The position numbers and the translations under genes were made by a program. A DNA stretch of 64,000 bases, from assembly GCA_046483985.1 (NCBI GenBank), contig JAWOCD010000016.1:34704-98703 (forward strand). The letters run 5' to 3'. How positions within the stretch are numbered: position 1 is the first letter of the stretch; each line of letters starts with the position of its first letter. This DNA is from Promethearchaeia archaeon. Its GTDB lineage: Archaea; Asgardarchaeota; Lokiarchaeia; Sigyniarchaeales; SOKP01. Under the pieces are notes generated by a model. The model made no database searches. It was not told the DNA's origin and was given only the letters and a program-made list of their open reading frames with translations. This document shows positions 39,897-50,171 of the stretch, in pieces.

Positions 39897-40130
39897 ATGA
39901 AAAAATCGGAAAAAGAATCAGTAAAAGAACATACAGTCGAAATCGCGAACTTCCTTTTACGAGATACAGAATCATTACGCAATGAAATCCAATTTACAAA
40001 ATTAACAGATATGGTTCATCCACTTACATTTACCTATGATTTGAAAAACCAGGAGCATCTAAATCTTATTCCGGCGGTTTCTTCAAGAAATGAAGAATTT
40101 ATTAGAAAATTCTTAGATTTGTACAAATAA
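39897..40130 (+). CDS. Small hypothetical protein or fragment
   Basis: 77-aa ORF after AT-rich promoter-like DNA. Confidence 0.4.
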   Translation: MKKSEKESVKEHTVEIANFLLRDTESLRNEIQFTKLTDMVHPLTFTYDLKNQEHLNLIPAVSSRNEEFIRKFLDLYK

Positions 40131-40140
40131 GTAGAATTCC

Positions 40141-40572
40141 TTATTTTTTTCTCAACAATTCTTTAATTAATTTAACGCTATAATTGATAAGATTTCGGGC
40201 TCTAATCGCATAGGATAAATCTCCTTTTAACTTTATAACTCCTTTCATATATGCTTCAGAAATTGTTATTGTAGAATCATATATTTTTCGTATCGTTTCT
40301 TCATCAATAGAAACGCTTAAATCCGGATTGGGATGTTTCCCATGTCCATATGAGATGTGCTGGTTTTTAAGTTCAATCCAAAAATTAATCTCCTGATCCA
40401 AAATTTCGATCTGATAGATTTCATTTAATTCTGAAATTTCTTCTTTTATTTCTTCAAGAATATTGAGATAATTGATTATATGCTTAATTAATTTCTCAAA
40501 CAAGCGACTAATACTTCGTTTTGGGTCTTCTAATGATTTTAATATAGATTCAACTTGTTCAAAATTTCGCAT
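40141..40572 (-). CDS. SCP2 sterol/lipid-binding domain protein
   Basis: PDLSV.ID, AYMKGVIKLKGDL..A. Confidence 0.85.
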   Translation of the reverse strand: MRNFEQVESILKSLEDPKRSISRLFEKLIKHIINYLNILEEIKEEISELNEIYQIEILDQEINFWIELKNQHISYGHGKHPNPDLSVSIDEETIRKIYDSTITISEAYMKGVIKLKGDLSYAIRARNLINYSVKLIKELLRKK

Positions 40573-40640
40573 ATTTTTCTCATACCCGCTGTTAGGTCTC
40601 TAAATATTAGATGGATTTTATAGTATATAAATGATTTTGT

Positions 40641-40864
40641 TTGAACTACCATGTCCTAAAGGGTGATGGATTCGTAATTCATCGAGAATCGCCGACACAG
40701 ATAACATAGGTCTTACATCCTTTCCAAATGCCAACCCCGTAGTCCTTACGGTTGGGGATGAACTTGGTTATCGTCTATCAATTACATTATAGTAGAGCTC
40801 CTTTATAAATATATATGCGATTCATTACCACCCTTTAGGACGGTGCTTTCTCGCACTCTATGGG
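40641..40864 (-). mobile_element. Complete ~224-bp IS605-derived MITE, no ORF, with putative omegaRNA scaffold
   Basis: Left-end hairpin CACCGTCCTAAAGGGTG; TTTATAAA box; AACCGTAAGGACTACGGGGTT; right end CGAATCCATCACCCTTTAGGACATGGTAGTTCAA. Confidence 0.75.
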
Positions 40865-41146
40865 TAAATCATTTAGGGTGATTGTAAAAACTCAAATAAA
40901 TGCTCAAACACATTAATAAAGATCATCATGGTTGTTAAATCCCCTTGAGCTTTAATTAATTCTTTCATTTATGCTACTCTTCCCCGTATTTTCTCAGATA
41001 ATATTTTTTAATAAAATTCTTTATCTATTTTCACCCTTAAGTCTGTGTTTGGATTTTTTTAAACTTTTCTTTAGTTTTCTGCGTTTTCCTTTAAATTAAG
41101 AATTGTTTTCCTTAAATCTCCCATAATAAGAACCTATTTTTTTCTC

Positions 41147-41827
41147 TCATTTAAATTTCTTTGGATTTGGCTGAAATTTAACGCAAATAGAAGTTGGCGC
41201 TACGAACTCTTTAAGGACTCCGCAATATTGCTTTTCTTGTTGATAATTTGCACATTTATTACAACTTAATCTCCGATCTGTAAGCTTATTTTGGAGTGCT
41301 AATAGAGCCGTCTTGTATTTCTCCTCATCCAAATCACTTTTGGGTTTTTTCACCCCAATGTCAACAAAATCGGCATATAATTCTATTGCAGAAGGCGGGG
41401 TCCAAAACCTTCTCAGTTTCTTGACAGTCCCATTTTCGGTCTTTATTTCTTGGACTTCTCTGTGCTTTTTCTTTCTTTCTAAATTTCTTAAAAACTTCTC
41501 CGCCGCAGTCCGAATTTCATGGTCTTCAGAGTCTAAATGTGCTTCCAAAGCCTCCTTAATGTTATCTTGATCAACCTCGGATAAACGGTCAAAAATATTG
41601 GGTCCTTCCTTAACATCCAAGGTCTGTTTATAATAATTCATAAGCATATTCCATATTGCAGGATCTTTCATAGAAAAAAACTGCGAAAAGACCCCCTTTG
41701 TCCGCTGATAACTAAATTTATCCATTAAATGCTTGATAGCTGATCGCATTTGAATAAATTGCTTTAAAAGCTGCTTGAAAGCTTTCATATTCTCTTTTTT
41801 GGTCATTTTATCTAGTCCTTCTGCCAT
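41147..41827 (-). CDS. Hypothetical protein with C-terminal Cys cluster
   Basis: 226-aa ORF; CNKC...YC...IC. Confidence 0.7.
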   Translation of the reverse strand: MAEGLDKMTKKENMKAFKQLLKQFIQMRSAIKHLMDKFSYQRTKGVFSQFFSMKDPAIWNMLMNYYKQTLDVKEGPNIFDRLSEVDQDNIKEALEAHLDSEDHEIRTAAEKFLRNLERKKKHREVQEIKTENGTVKKLRRFWTPPSAIELYADFVDIGVKKPKSDLDEEKYKTALLALQNKLTDRRLSCNKCANYQQEKQYCGVLKEFVAPTSICVKFQPNPKKFK

Positions 41828-41932
41828 TTTTTTATTGGGTACATTGATTTAACATTTTATCTGATTATGTGATGTAACAATTGATCCCTCTAAATATGTT
41901 GCATTTAGCATCGAATGGTGAAAAAGAAATAA

Positions 41933-42071
41933 TGGCGCCCACAGCGGGAATCTCATAAAACGGCGAACTGCTGCTTTTATTTTGAACCCGCGTCGTAGGA
42001 GTGACAGTCCCAAATGCTAGTCCGGGGTTTGCCATGTATAGAATTTATACGAATGTCTACACTATGTGGGC
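41933..42071 (-). tRNA. tRNA-Asp(GTC) with two introns (15/16: 42027-42056; 59/60: 41950-41980); CCA encoded
   Basis: GCCCACA/TGTGGGC acceptor; TGGGA-CTGTCAC-TCCTA; BHB helices TTCA/TGAG and TGT/GCA. Confidence 0.9.
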
Positions 42072-42806
42072 AAATGAAAAACCAAGAAAATTTTCTCAAA
42101 TTATTAAAAGAATTATAACAAATGAAGTTTATGAAAATATAAAAATTTTTTTCTTCTTCACTATTTTCTCTTCTCTCTCATTTATTCCTCCACATTTTTT
42201 CCTTTTATATGACTTTTTCCGATTGAAATTAAACATTTGATTGACATTTAATTGTGTCATTTCAGTTGTTTGAGTAGTTCAATTGAGGCGTATGAATTTT
42301 AATATCATGAAGGGAACATGAAAATTATCGATAAGAGACAAATTGTTATATTTCTTGTATTTGGGACTCCTATTCGCGAAATTCTTTCGGGGGGGGGGGG
42401 GGGAGGGTTTCCACTTACCTACTCGGAGATAAGATTCTTTAAATCTAATGAATATTAGAGTAAGAAAAGGGAATGGAAAAGAGTCTAATCCTTTCATACA
42501 TTTATCTACTTAAAGAATCCTTTCGATCTTCCCCCGAAAATTGTGTCTCCAACTGACCAAGTAGAATCTCCTTCTTAAGGAAATTATTTCAGGATTCAAA
42601 TGGTTCCTTAAACTTCTTGTTATAATAATGGTGCAAATAGCCGTGTTTAACTTTTTAGAGAACGAAGGAAAAGGGGTGATTTTATTCTTATCTTCTTACA
42701 AAAGATATAACACTTAGTCCGAAAAGAAAAAAAAAAGTATATTGAAAAGTTAGTTTCGTTTCTTTGTTGTTTTGCTTGTTCTGTTTTTTTGTAGGAGATT
42801 ATATTA

Positions 42807-43241
42807 TTACATTTCGTCAAGAAGATCCTCAAAAGCTTCCATAGCAAGCTCGATAATCTCTTGAAATGCCATGGCGTCTTGGAGGTTTCCTTCAACGGTA
42901 ATATCTCCGGCCATATAGGCGCTTGTTGCGTCTACTTCACCGAATAACATACCAGCTCCTACTTCCATAGTGCAAGAAAAGGTGAATGAGGCGTTGTCAA
43001 CTTCTCCTTCGCCAAATTCAATATTTCCTTCTATGGCTTTAATCCAGAACTTTTTATCTTTGTCGGTAATAACCATTTGTACAATGATGTCCATATCTTC
43101 TAATTCTTCAGCAAGTTCTTCATTTTCTTGAGAAACTTGTTCGAAGAAATCGAAAACTTTTAAGACATCTGCTGGTTCGGCAGCATCTGCTCCCGCGTCC
43201 ATTTTTTCTTCTAGTTCTTTTACTACGTCTTCATCAACCAT
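42807..43241 (-). CDS. SCP2 sterol/lipid-binding domain protein (very acidic)
   Basis: GEVDATSAYMAGDITVEGNLQDA; start taken at MVDED. Confidence 0.88.
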   Translation of the reverse strand: MVDEDVVKELEEKMDAGADAAEPADVLKVFDFFEQVSQENEELAEELEDMDIIVQMVITDKDKKFWIKAIEGNIEFGEGEVDNASFTFSCTMEVGAGMLFGEVDATSAYMAGDITVEGNLQDAMAFQEIIELAMEAFEDLLDEM

Positions 43242-43745
43242 TTTAATAACCTTTGTTTTGATTGTTTGTTGCATTTAGATTTAGTTGATATTATATACAA
43301 GATATATAATATTTTGTACATATTTACAAAATCCTTACTTATTTAAAAATCTTATAATCATTTATAAATGAAAGTTCTTTGGCAAAATGTTAAAAAAATT
43401 AGATACGAAGGATTTACGTTTGAGCCCTTCTTCTCCTCAACTGCAAGTGGTCTTGACAATGGAAACAGACCTAAATAAGGAGTAACGAGAAATGAAAATG
43501 AGAGAAACAAATTCATAAGCCTCAAGAAGGTCTAATATTTTCCGTTCTTGTAAATAATAGCCCGTATATTGTTTCATCAAAAACTGCAAAAGAATCTCCA
43601 TATTTAGCTCCTCGACATTTGTATGAGGACTTAATGGAACACTCTTACGTTTAATACGTTCATATGAAAAGTTCTTCCCCAAATAAAAAAATTAATAAAA
43701 AAATGCAAAATTAAAAAAAAGAAAAAATATTGATAATTTAAATCG

Positions 43746-45488
43746 TTAAAAAAGACCAAAGAAACTATAGGGGCTAATTTGGAAGAAGATATAAAACAAT
43801 ATTAACCCGATGATAAAGCAGAGTATCGCCCAAAAATAGGTAAGATGTTTTCTATAGTTCTTATAGGTTTTTTCTGGTGTTTCGATTCGATCAACTTGCA
43901 GATACGGGCTCGGTCCACGTCGATACCATCCTCGAATTCTGACTTTTTGTCCCACCAGTTTTCGTGCCCCTTTGAGGGCAAAGAAGAAATCTACGAGTCC
44001 TATACCAAATTGGTAATCAATATACATGATTCCTGTACCGTCGTCCAAATAGAGGTCTTCGGCAAAGTAATAACCAGGAATTCCTTTTCCCACGATAACC
44101 CCCTCAACATAAGCGGGAATTGCACGAATCGGCGATGCTTTCACGCGTGAGACGAGTTCACGGATCTTTTTTGGTTCATATCCGCTTTTATACATAAATT
44201 TGGTGCGAATAATAAACCCAAATCCAATGATGTAAAAGCCAATTGCCCAGATAAGGAGTAAATCGATGAGCTCAATTGAGGCAAAGAAGGCAGACAAGAA
44301 ATCTATTCCGCTAAGTAAATTCACAACACTAAATAACCAAGTAATGGAAAAGCCAACTAAAACTAAAAAGAGAAGTGTTGGAAGGGACTTGATGGTCAAA
44401 TCTACTAAAAACTCATCAAGTAACGTTTTTCCCGCTTGTTCTTCTTTGATTTCGCGGGATCGGGAAAAATCGATTTCGGGACGAATTCCTTTATCTTTAC
44501 ATTGTTTATTGAGTTTTTGGATTCTTTTCGCCGGTAATGGGTGGGTGCTAAATAATTGGTAATATTTCGCCCACGGGTTGTATAAATCCCACGCTGCTGC
44601 CGCGTCAATCGCCTCTTTTGAGTATTTCTCTTTGGATTGAAAGGTCGAGGTACTGATAGCAGCCAGCCCTTGTGCTTTACTTGGATCAAATATACCAAGC
44701 CCTCGAAGAGCTCTGACCGCACTTTTTTTTTCTTCTTCTCCAGCACCTTCTCTAACTAATCCGTAAGCAATTTTTACAAGTCCAGTGGATAACGCATTGG
44801 GATCTTCTAACAAATCTGCGGAGTGTTCATCCGCATAATATTCCCGTATTCTGGATATAAACAGCGAAATTAGATACCCAATATAATAGGCAACATAGGA
44901 GAGGACTGCAACAGCAATGAATACTAATCTCATATAACTTCCTCCCCTTTGAGAGCTTCTTCCTCCGCTGAAAAATGAAGCGTAGTAGGCCCATCGAGCG
45001 ATTGTTAACAAAAGTAAAGGGATTGCAAAGACTACAGTCATTAAGATAAAGTCATTATGAACCACATGTCCTAATTCATGCGCCATTACGGCTTTCTGTT
45101 CCTCTTTATCCAAATAATCGAGAATTCCAGTCGTAATAACAATCCGGGCATTATTTTTCGTGTGTCCAAAGGTAAAGGCATTTGGATTTCCATCCTGGAT
45201 AACACCGACTCTGGGCATTTTAATTCCCCGCAACTCAACTGCTCTTTTTACCGTATCCGCAAGATGAGGAAATCGCTGTTGATACCGTTCGAAAGGAATC
45301 CACTCAATTTTATATGTCCATTGAATAATGTACGGTGATATCAAATACTGGAAAAAGACAATACCAGCTGTTAAACCTATCATGAGCCAGAGACTCCATT
45401 GATTCCAAACACCTATCACAAAAACTAATGCGTAGACGAGTCCAAATAACGCTGTGAGTGCTAAAGTTGATCTAAGCTTTAAACCCAC
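43746..45488 (-). CDS. htpX: HtpX-like M48 membrane zinc protease with C-terminal extension
   Basis: PNAFTFG, AVMAHELGH, SRIREYYAD, STHP...RI. Confidence 0.88.
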   Translation of the reverse strand: MGLKLRSTLALTALFGLVYALVFVIGVWNQWSLWLMIGLTAGIVFFQYLISPYIIQWTYKIEWIPFERYQQRFPHLADTVKRAVELRGIKMPRVGVIQDGNPNAFTFGHTKNNARIVITTGILDYLDKEEQKAVMAHELGHVVHNDFILMTVVFAIPLLLLTIARWAYYASFFSGGRSSQRGGSYMRLVFIAVAVLSYVAYYIGYLISLFISRIREYYADEHSADLLEDPNALSTGLVKIAYGLVREGAGEEEKKSAVRALRGLGIFDPSKAQGLAAISTSTFQSKEKYSKEAIDAAAAWDLYNPWAKYYQLFSTHPLPAKRIQKLNKQCKDKGIRPEIDFSRSREIKEEQAGKTLLDEFLVDLTIKSLPTLLFLVLVGFSITWLFSVVNLLSGIDFLSAFFASIELIDLLLIWAIGFYIIGFGFIIRTKFMYKSGYEPKKIRELVSRVKASPIRAIPAYVEGVIVGKGIPGYYFAEDLYLDDGTGIMYIDYQFGIGLVDFFFALKGARKLVGQKVRIRGWYRRGPSPYLQVDRIETPEKTYKNYRKHLTYFWAILCFIIGLILFYIFFQISPYSFFGLF

Positions 45489-45647
45489 TGTGTTTTCACC
45501 TTATTTTTTAAATTTTTTTTTATTTTATTATGTTAATATGATAATTAACAATTAAACTAAATCAAGTTTTTGTTAAATAAATTTAATTACTTAGAAATAG
45601 TAATTAAAATTATTATTATTAATTTAATTGTTATCATTAGTTAATTT

Positions 45648-46304
45648 TTGGGTGAAAATATAACGCAGAAAAAGAAGAGAATTATCCGTCTTCATAACGC
45701 AACGGAGAATCTAGTCAATCAGCAATTTTACCTCCAAGGAAAAGATATAATCATCGGAAGAACTCCCGAAATTCAAGTGAAAATCCAATATTCAGGGCAA
45801 ATCATATCAAAATTTAAACATATGTTTAAGGATAATATTAATCTTTTTCTGAATCAAGATTATTTCCAATTTCTAAAAACATTCACTAAAATTCACGGAA
45901 TTACGGAACCACTTATTAATGAAATATATGAAAATCTAAAAGTAAAATTAGATCAGTTGGAAGAGAACCTTGATGACTCGGATGATAGCTTGATGGTCTT
46001 ATATACCATTGTTTTAAGTGCTATTATTACAAAAATTCGGGAAATTCATTTTGAGAAGTGTTTACAGGAGATTCGTAAAAAATTGAAAAAGCAAAATCCA
46101 GCTTTTAAGAAAAAAAATATCGAGAAGGAATTAACTTACCTTTTTATGCGGAATAATAAGAATATTTCGATTCTCTATAATCTCTCTTATCTTCGTGCAC
46201 TTGCCCAAACTTTCAATTATAAAAAGGTTAAACGAGTCTGTAGCATTCAGCGCACTAAATTTATTAACAATACGGTGAAAAAAATAATTTCCCGGTTGAA
46301 GTGA
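45648..46304 (+). CDS. Hypothetical protein
   Basis: 218-aa ORF divergent from htpX. Confidence 0.65.
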   Translation: MGENITQKKKRIIRLHNATENLVNQQFYLQGKDIIIGRTPEIQVKIQYSGQIISKFKHMFKDNINLFLNQDYFQFLKTFTKIHGITEPLINEIYENLKVKLDQLEENLDDSDDSLMVLYTIVLSAIITKIREIHFEKCLQEIRKKLKKQNPAFKKKNIEKELTYLFMRNNKNISILYNLSYLRALAQTFNYKKVKRVCSIQRTKFINNTVKKIISRLK

Positions 46305-46306
46305 GG

Positions 46307-46447
46307 GTGAATTTAATATATTTTCTCTCGGTCAAAGTCATTGCTTGTGCTAATGATGCTTTAACATTAGAAACCGAAAAAGATGGTAAAAAGTTCCTAA
46401 CTCACATCGCGATTGAGAAAATAATAACAATCTGGAAACTAGTCTAA
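46307..46447 (+). pseudogene. Fragment of a small Sm-like (MM0924-type) protein
   Basis: KVIACANDALTLETEKDGKKFLTHIAIEKIITIW; family recognised from memory only. Confidence 0.35.
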
Positions 46448-46583
46448 ACCCTATATTTTATTTAAATTTTTTTACCCTTTTTCTTTTATAATGAAACATC
46501 TAAATTTATTACTAACATCCCAATTATATAACTATGGCATTTCATGAATTAAAATTCCAAAGTAACAATTAGAGGAAAAAATT

Positions 46584-48032
46584 ATGCCTTTAAAAACACC
46601 AGGAGAGTATGAAGAATCAATTAAAAGAGATGTTAATCTCTATATGTTCGGGGAAAAGGTGAAGGAATTCTGGAAACATCCTATTATTGCTCCCTCGATT
46701 AATACGGTAAAAAAAATATATGAATTGGCCCAAGATGATGAATATAAAGATTTGATGACTGCTAAATCTCATATAACGGGAAATACTATTAATAGATTTA
46801 CTCATATTCATCAATCCGTTGATGATTTAATTAAAAAGGTGAAAATGCAGCGATTACTTGGGCAAAAAGTGGCGTGTTGTTTTCAGCGATGTGTGGGCTT
46901 TGATGCCGCAAATGCGTTATATAGCGTGACTTATGAAATCGATCAAAAATATGATACCTGTTATCATGAGCGGTTTAAAAACTATTGGCTCGAAGTACAG
47001 AATCAAGATTTAATGGTGGGAGGCACCATGACCGATTCAAAAGGAAATCGAGGTGTGCGTCCCGGAAATCAAAGTGATCCTGACCAATTTCTACACGTAG
47101 TAGATGAAAATGATGATGGTATTGTGATCCGGGGGGCAAAAGTGCATCAGACGGGTTTTCTTAATTCGCATCGGGCGATTATCATGCCCACGCTCAATAT
47201 GCGGCAAGGAGAGGAAGAATATGCGATCAGTTGCGGAGTAGAAACCAATAAAGACGGTATAATCATGATTTACGGAAGACAAGCAAACGATACCCGTAAA
47301 TTGGAAGAGGGAGGATTAGATGCGGGGAATTATAAGTACGGAGGTCAAGAAATCTTTGTAATATTTGACGATGTCTTTGTTCCTAAGGAAGATGTGTTTA
47401 TGAATGGGGAAATAGAATTTTGCGGCGATTTGGTGAATCGGTTTGCAGGTTTCCATCGCCAATCCTATGGTGGTTGTAAGGTAGGAGTAGGGGATGCCCT
47501 TATTGGAGCAACTTCATTATTGACAGAATATCAAGGTGTTTCCAATTCTTCCCATATACGAGATAAATTAGTAGAAATGGTTCATTTAAATGAAACGCTT
47601 TATTCAAGTGGGATTGCGTGCAGTTCTCAAGGGTTTCAGCGGGAGGCTGGCAATTATGAGATGGATATGCTATTGGCAAATGTGTGCAAACAAAATGTGA
47701 CGCGATTTCCTTATGAGATTTGCAGACTGGCCGATGATCTGGCAGGAGGGATTATTGCAACCCTTCCTTCGGAAGCTGACTTGAATGCAGAAGAAACATA
47801 TGCCTATCTTCAAAAATATTTAAAAACTGCCGATGATGTTGATGTGAGAGCACGATATAAGCTCCTTAGATTCATTGAAAATATGAGCTTGGGTCTAGCT
47901 GGAGTAAGTTATAAGGTTGAATCAATGCATGGGGCGGGCTCGCCTCAAGCACAGAGAATTATGATTAATCGGCAAGCGAACTTTGAAAAAAAGAAAAAAC
48001 TGATAAAGGACATCTTAGAACTTCCAGATTAA
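46584..48032 (+). CDS. abfD: 4-hydroxybutyryl-CoA dehydratase (AbfD/HpaB-like family)
   Basis: CFQRCVG.D, TD.KG.R, GAK.HQTG, HRQSYGGCKVG (Fe-S ligands), ESMHGAGSPQAQ. Confidence 0.85.
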   Translation: MPLKTPGEYEESIKRDVNLYMFGEKVKEFWKHPIIAPSINTVKKIYELAQDDEYKDLMTAKSHITGNTINRFTHIHQSVDDLIKKVKMQRLLGQKVACCFQRCVGFDAANALYSVTYEIDQKYDTCYHERFKNYWLEVQNQDLMVGGTMTDSKGNRGVRPGNQSDPDQFLHVVDENDDGIVIRGAKVHQTGFLNSHRAIIMPTLNMRQGEEEYAISCGVETNKDGIIMIYGRQANDTRKLEEGGLDAGNYKYGGQEIFVIFDDVFVPKEDVFMNGEIEFCGDLVNRFAGFHRQSYGGCKVGVGDALIGATSLLTEYQGVSNSSHIRDKLVEMVHLNETLYSSGIACSSQGFQREAGNYEMDMLLANVCKQNVTRFPYEICRLADDLAGGIIATLPSEADLNAEETYAYLQKYLKTADDVDVRARYKLLRFIENMSLGLAGVSYKVESMHGAGSPQAQRIMINRQANFEKKKKLIKDILELPD

Positions 48033-48039
48033 TTTTTAT

Positions 48040-48255
48040 TTCTTGAAGAGTAGGATCTTACGTTTTTAAGCCCCTCATGTTCTCATCGCTCAAATTTTCC
48101 TCGTCCGCATTCATATTTTACGTTCACGGTGGAATTTTCATCCAGTAATTAATCCACCATTGGCAGCAATTGGGTGTAATCGTGAGTGTTAGCGAGGTAA
48201 TATTGACTTTTGCTGGGATTTTTTTATCGATCAACACATGGACGCGATAACACAA
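48040..48255 (-). pseudogene. Degraded IS4/IS5-type DDE transposase fragment
   Basis: Minus strand YRVHVLID..IPAKVNITS, then ANTHDYTQLLPMVD after a frameshift. Confidence 0.45.
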
Positions 48256-48380
48256 ATATAATTTAGAAAAAGGTTTTAATTCATGGAAAACTAAATATTA
48301 AGCAAACCCTTGAAAAAAATAAACATGATTATACAACAAATTCTTTTTTAATAACAATTAAAAAAATTATTGATTAAAAA

Positions 48381-50087
48381 ATGCGAAGATTCTCTAGCAT
48401 TGATTTCCTCAGAGGTACAGCGATAGTGCTAATGCTTTTCATCCATTCATTTATGTTGGTATTGGATTATGGCACTATAGGGAATATAAACAATCTTCCC
48501 TTGATCGCGATGGTTGCATTACTTCTAATCCCCTATATGGGAGCAATGGCCGGGTTTTTCTTATTGGTTTCAGCTATTGGCAATATGATTTCAATGCAAC
48601 GCCATTTACAAAAAGGAAAATCCGTTAAATCGTTGGCAATCCGGCAAGTCATGGGAGGCATACTTTTGTTAATTTTCGCTGTCCTTACAGAGGCGTGGAT
48701 TGGATATCATGGAGCTTTAGGAGAAGCAATCAGATTAAATGAACATGCCTTAGAGATAGGCTTTTATAGAGGGTACCATACAGAAACTATCCATACCATC
48801 GCGTGGTGTATTATTATAAACGGAATTATCCATGCATACCTCTCCCGTAATGGAAAATGGAAACATACCAATCAGATCGTCAAAAATTATCTAATCCTAA
48901 TTGTTATTATTGTTGCTTTAACCCTGCCGGTTTGGCTATTGGTTAGACAAATTGTTCCGGGATATCCCTATGCTACTTACAATGGGGCTGACAGAATTGT
49001 TCAATATCCTCTCTTGGGAAAAACGACTATTTGGGAGTATATTTATCTCTTTCCTTTGGCGGCAATAGCAGGACACCCCGAACCGATCTTCCCTTATTTG
49101 GCGATTTCGTTTGCAGGCTCGATTATTGGAATTTTAATGAGCCAAAAGCGGAAAAAAGTCCCCTTAGACTTCCCGAAAAAGGGAATGTACCTTGGCTTTA
49201 TCATATTTCTTGTTGGTTTGGCTGGACTCATTGTTACTCTTTTAGATGTAATGATGCGCACATCTTTTACGGGGATGCTTGATGCTTATTTGCATTTATT
49301 TGACCATAGGGGTTTTACTCCATATGGACCCGCAAATACGCACTGGTTCGGCTGGTTATTCCAATTCCTTTGCGTAAATGGAGCGGCACTTTGGGTAACG
49401 TTATTTATTATCTATTTAGTTGAATTTCGCGGAAAGGGGGAAAAATTTGGTAAAAAAACGACAACAATAAGACGGTATGGATTTGTAGCTTTTACCGTGT
49501 ATAACAACCAATGGATAATCTATATTGCTCATCTCTTGGTTACGCTGATGCTTGGATTGCCTATATATACAGAATTAGGCTTCGGTGGCGTCTTTATTGT
49601 AATGGCAATTACATTTTTAATGACCCAAGTGATGTTAATTTTATGGGAAAAGGTTGACTATGTGGGATCCTTGGAATGGATGATGGGAACCATCGGATTA
49701 CAGCTTATCCCTGCCAGAAAGAAGGCAGCTGAAGAAAAAGAGGAATCTGTTCCCTCCGAACCCCCGTGTTGGTGGAAAGAAGGTTGTCCCAAGGTGGATG
49801 AGGCATTTTATAACCCAGAATGGCTAAACATAGTGGAAGAATCGGAAATAAATCATAAGAATAAATCGGAGTCTCGACTTGCCTTTAAAATTTCGATTAT
49901 TGGAATATTCTTGTTTCCGTTCGCTATTCTATCCTATAACATCGCTAAAAACTCGTTTGAGACAGAAAATAAAAATAAATACAATAAACGAGCTCGGTTA
50001 TTTTCTATTATTGGAATTATTATAGGCATTACTTGGGTAACTATCGCGGTAATATTCACTCCCAGCTCTCTCGGTATAAGTATTTGA
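48381..50087 (+). CDS. Multi-pass membrane protein, DUF1624/DUF418 (acyltransferase-like)
   Basis: RFSSIDFLRG.AI.LM...H; C-terminal GSLEW; many TM segments. Confidence 0.75.
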   Translation: MRRFSSIDFLRGTAIVLMLFIHSFMLVLDYGTIGNINNLPLIAMVALLLIPYMGAMAGFFLLVSAIGNMISMQRHLQKGKSVKSLAIRQVMGGILLLIFAVLTEAWIGYHGALGEAIRLNEHALEIGFYRGYHTETIHTIAWCIIINGIIHAYLSRNGKWKHTNQIVKNYLILIVIIVALTLPVWLLVRQIVPGYPYATYNGADRIVQYPLLGKTTIWEYIYLFPLAAIAGHPEPIFPYLAISFAGSIIGILMSQKRKKVPLDFPKKGMYLGFIIFLVGLAGLIVTLLDVMMRTSFTGMLDAYLHLFDHRGFTPYGPANTHWFGWLFQFLCVNGAALWVTLFIIYLVEFRGKGEKFGKKTTTIRRYGFVAFTVYNNQWIIYIAHLLVTLMLGLPIYTELGFGGVFIVMAITFLMTQVMLILWEKVDYVGSLEWMMGTIGLQLIPARKKAAEEKEESVPSEPPCWWKEGCPKVDEAFYNPEWLNIVEESEINHKNKSESRLAFKISIIGIFLFPFAILSYNIAKNSFETENKNKYNKRARLFSIIGIIIGITWVTIAVIFTPSSLGISI

Positions 50088-50171
50088 AATTAAAAACCTT
50101 TTTTCTTCTTTTTTCAACTCATTGCTCTCTACGTGAAAATTTTTTAAACTACTAAGAAAAAAAGAAAAAGC

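Noticed and set aside
41147-41933. Integrated element at the tRNA-Asp or tRNA-Arg 3' end
   Set aside because: No integrase and no duplicated tRNA 3' fragment seen in the window.
42279-42497. Poly-G tract and 72-aa Pro-run ORF as a phase-variable gene
   Set aside because: No recognisable protein in any frame; likely decayed DNA or a homopolymer artefact.
43437-43682. 81-aa ORF downstream of htpX
   Set aside because: No motif and a weak start; cannot support it as a gene.
20241-50087. Sec read-through at other TGA stops (roadblock, iolG, 41147, 45648 and 48381 genes)
   Set aside because: The proteins appear complete at the stop and there is no redox-motif context.
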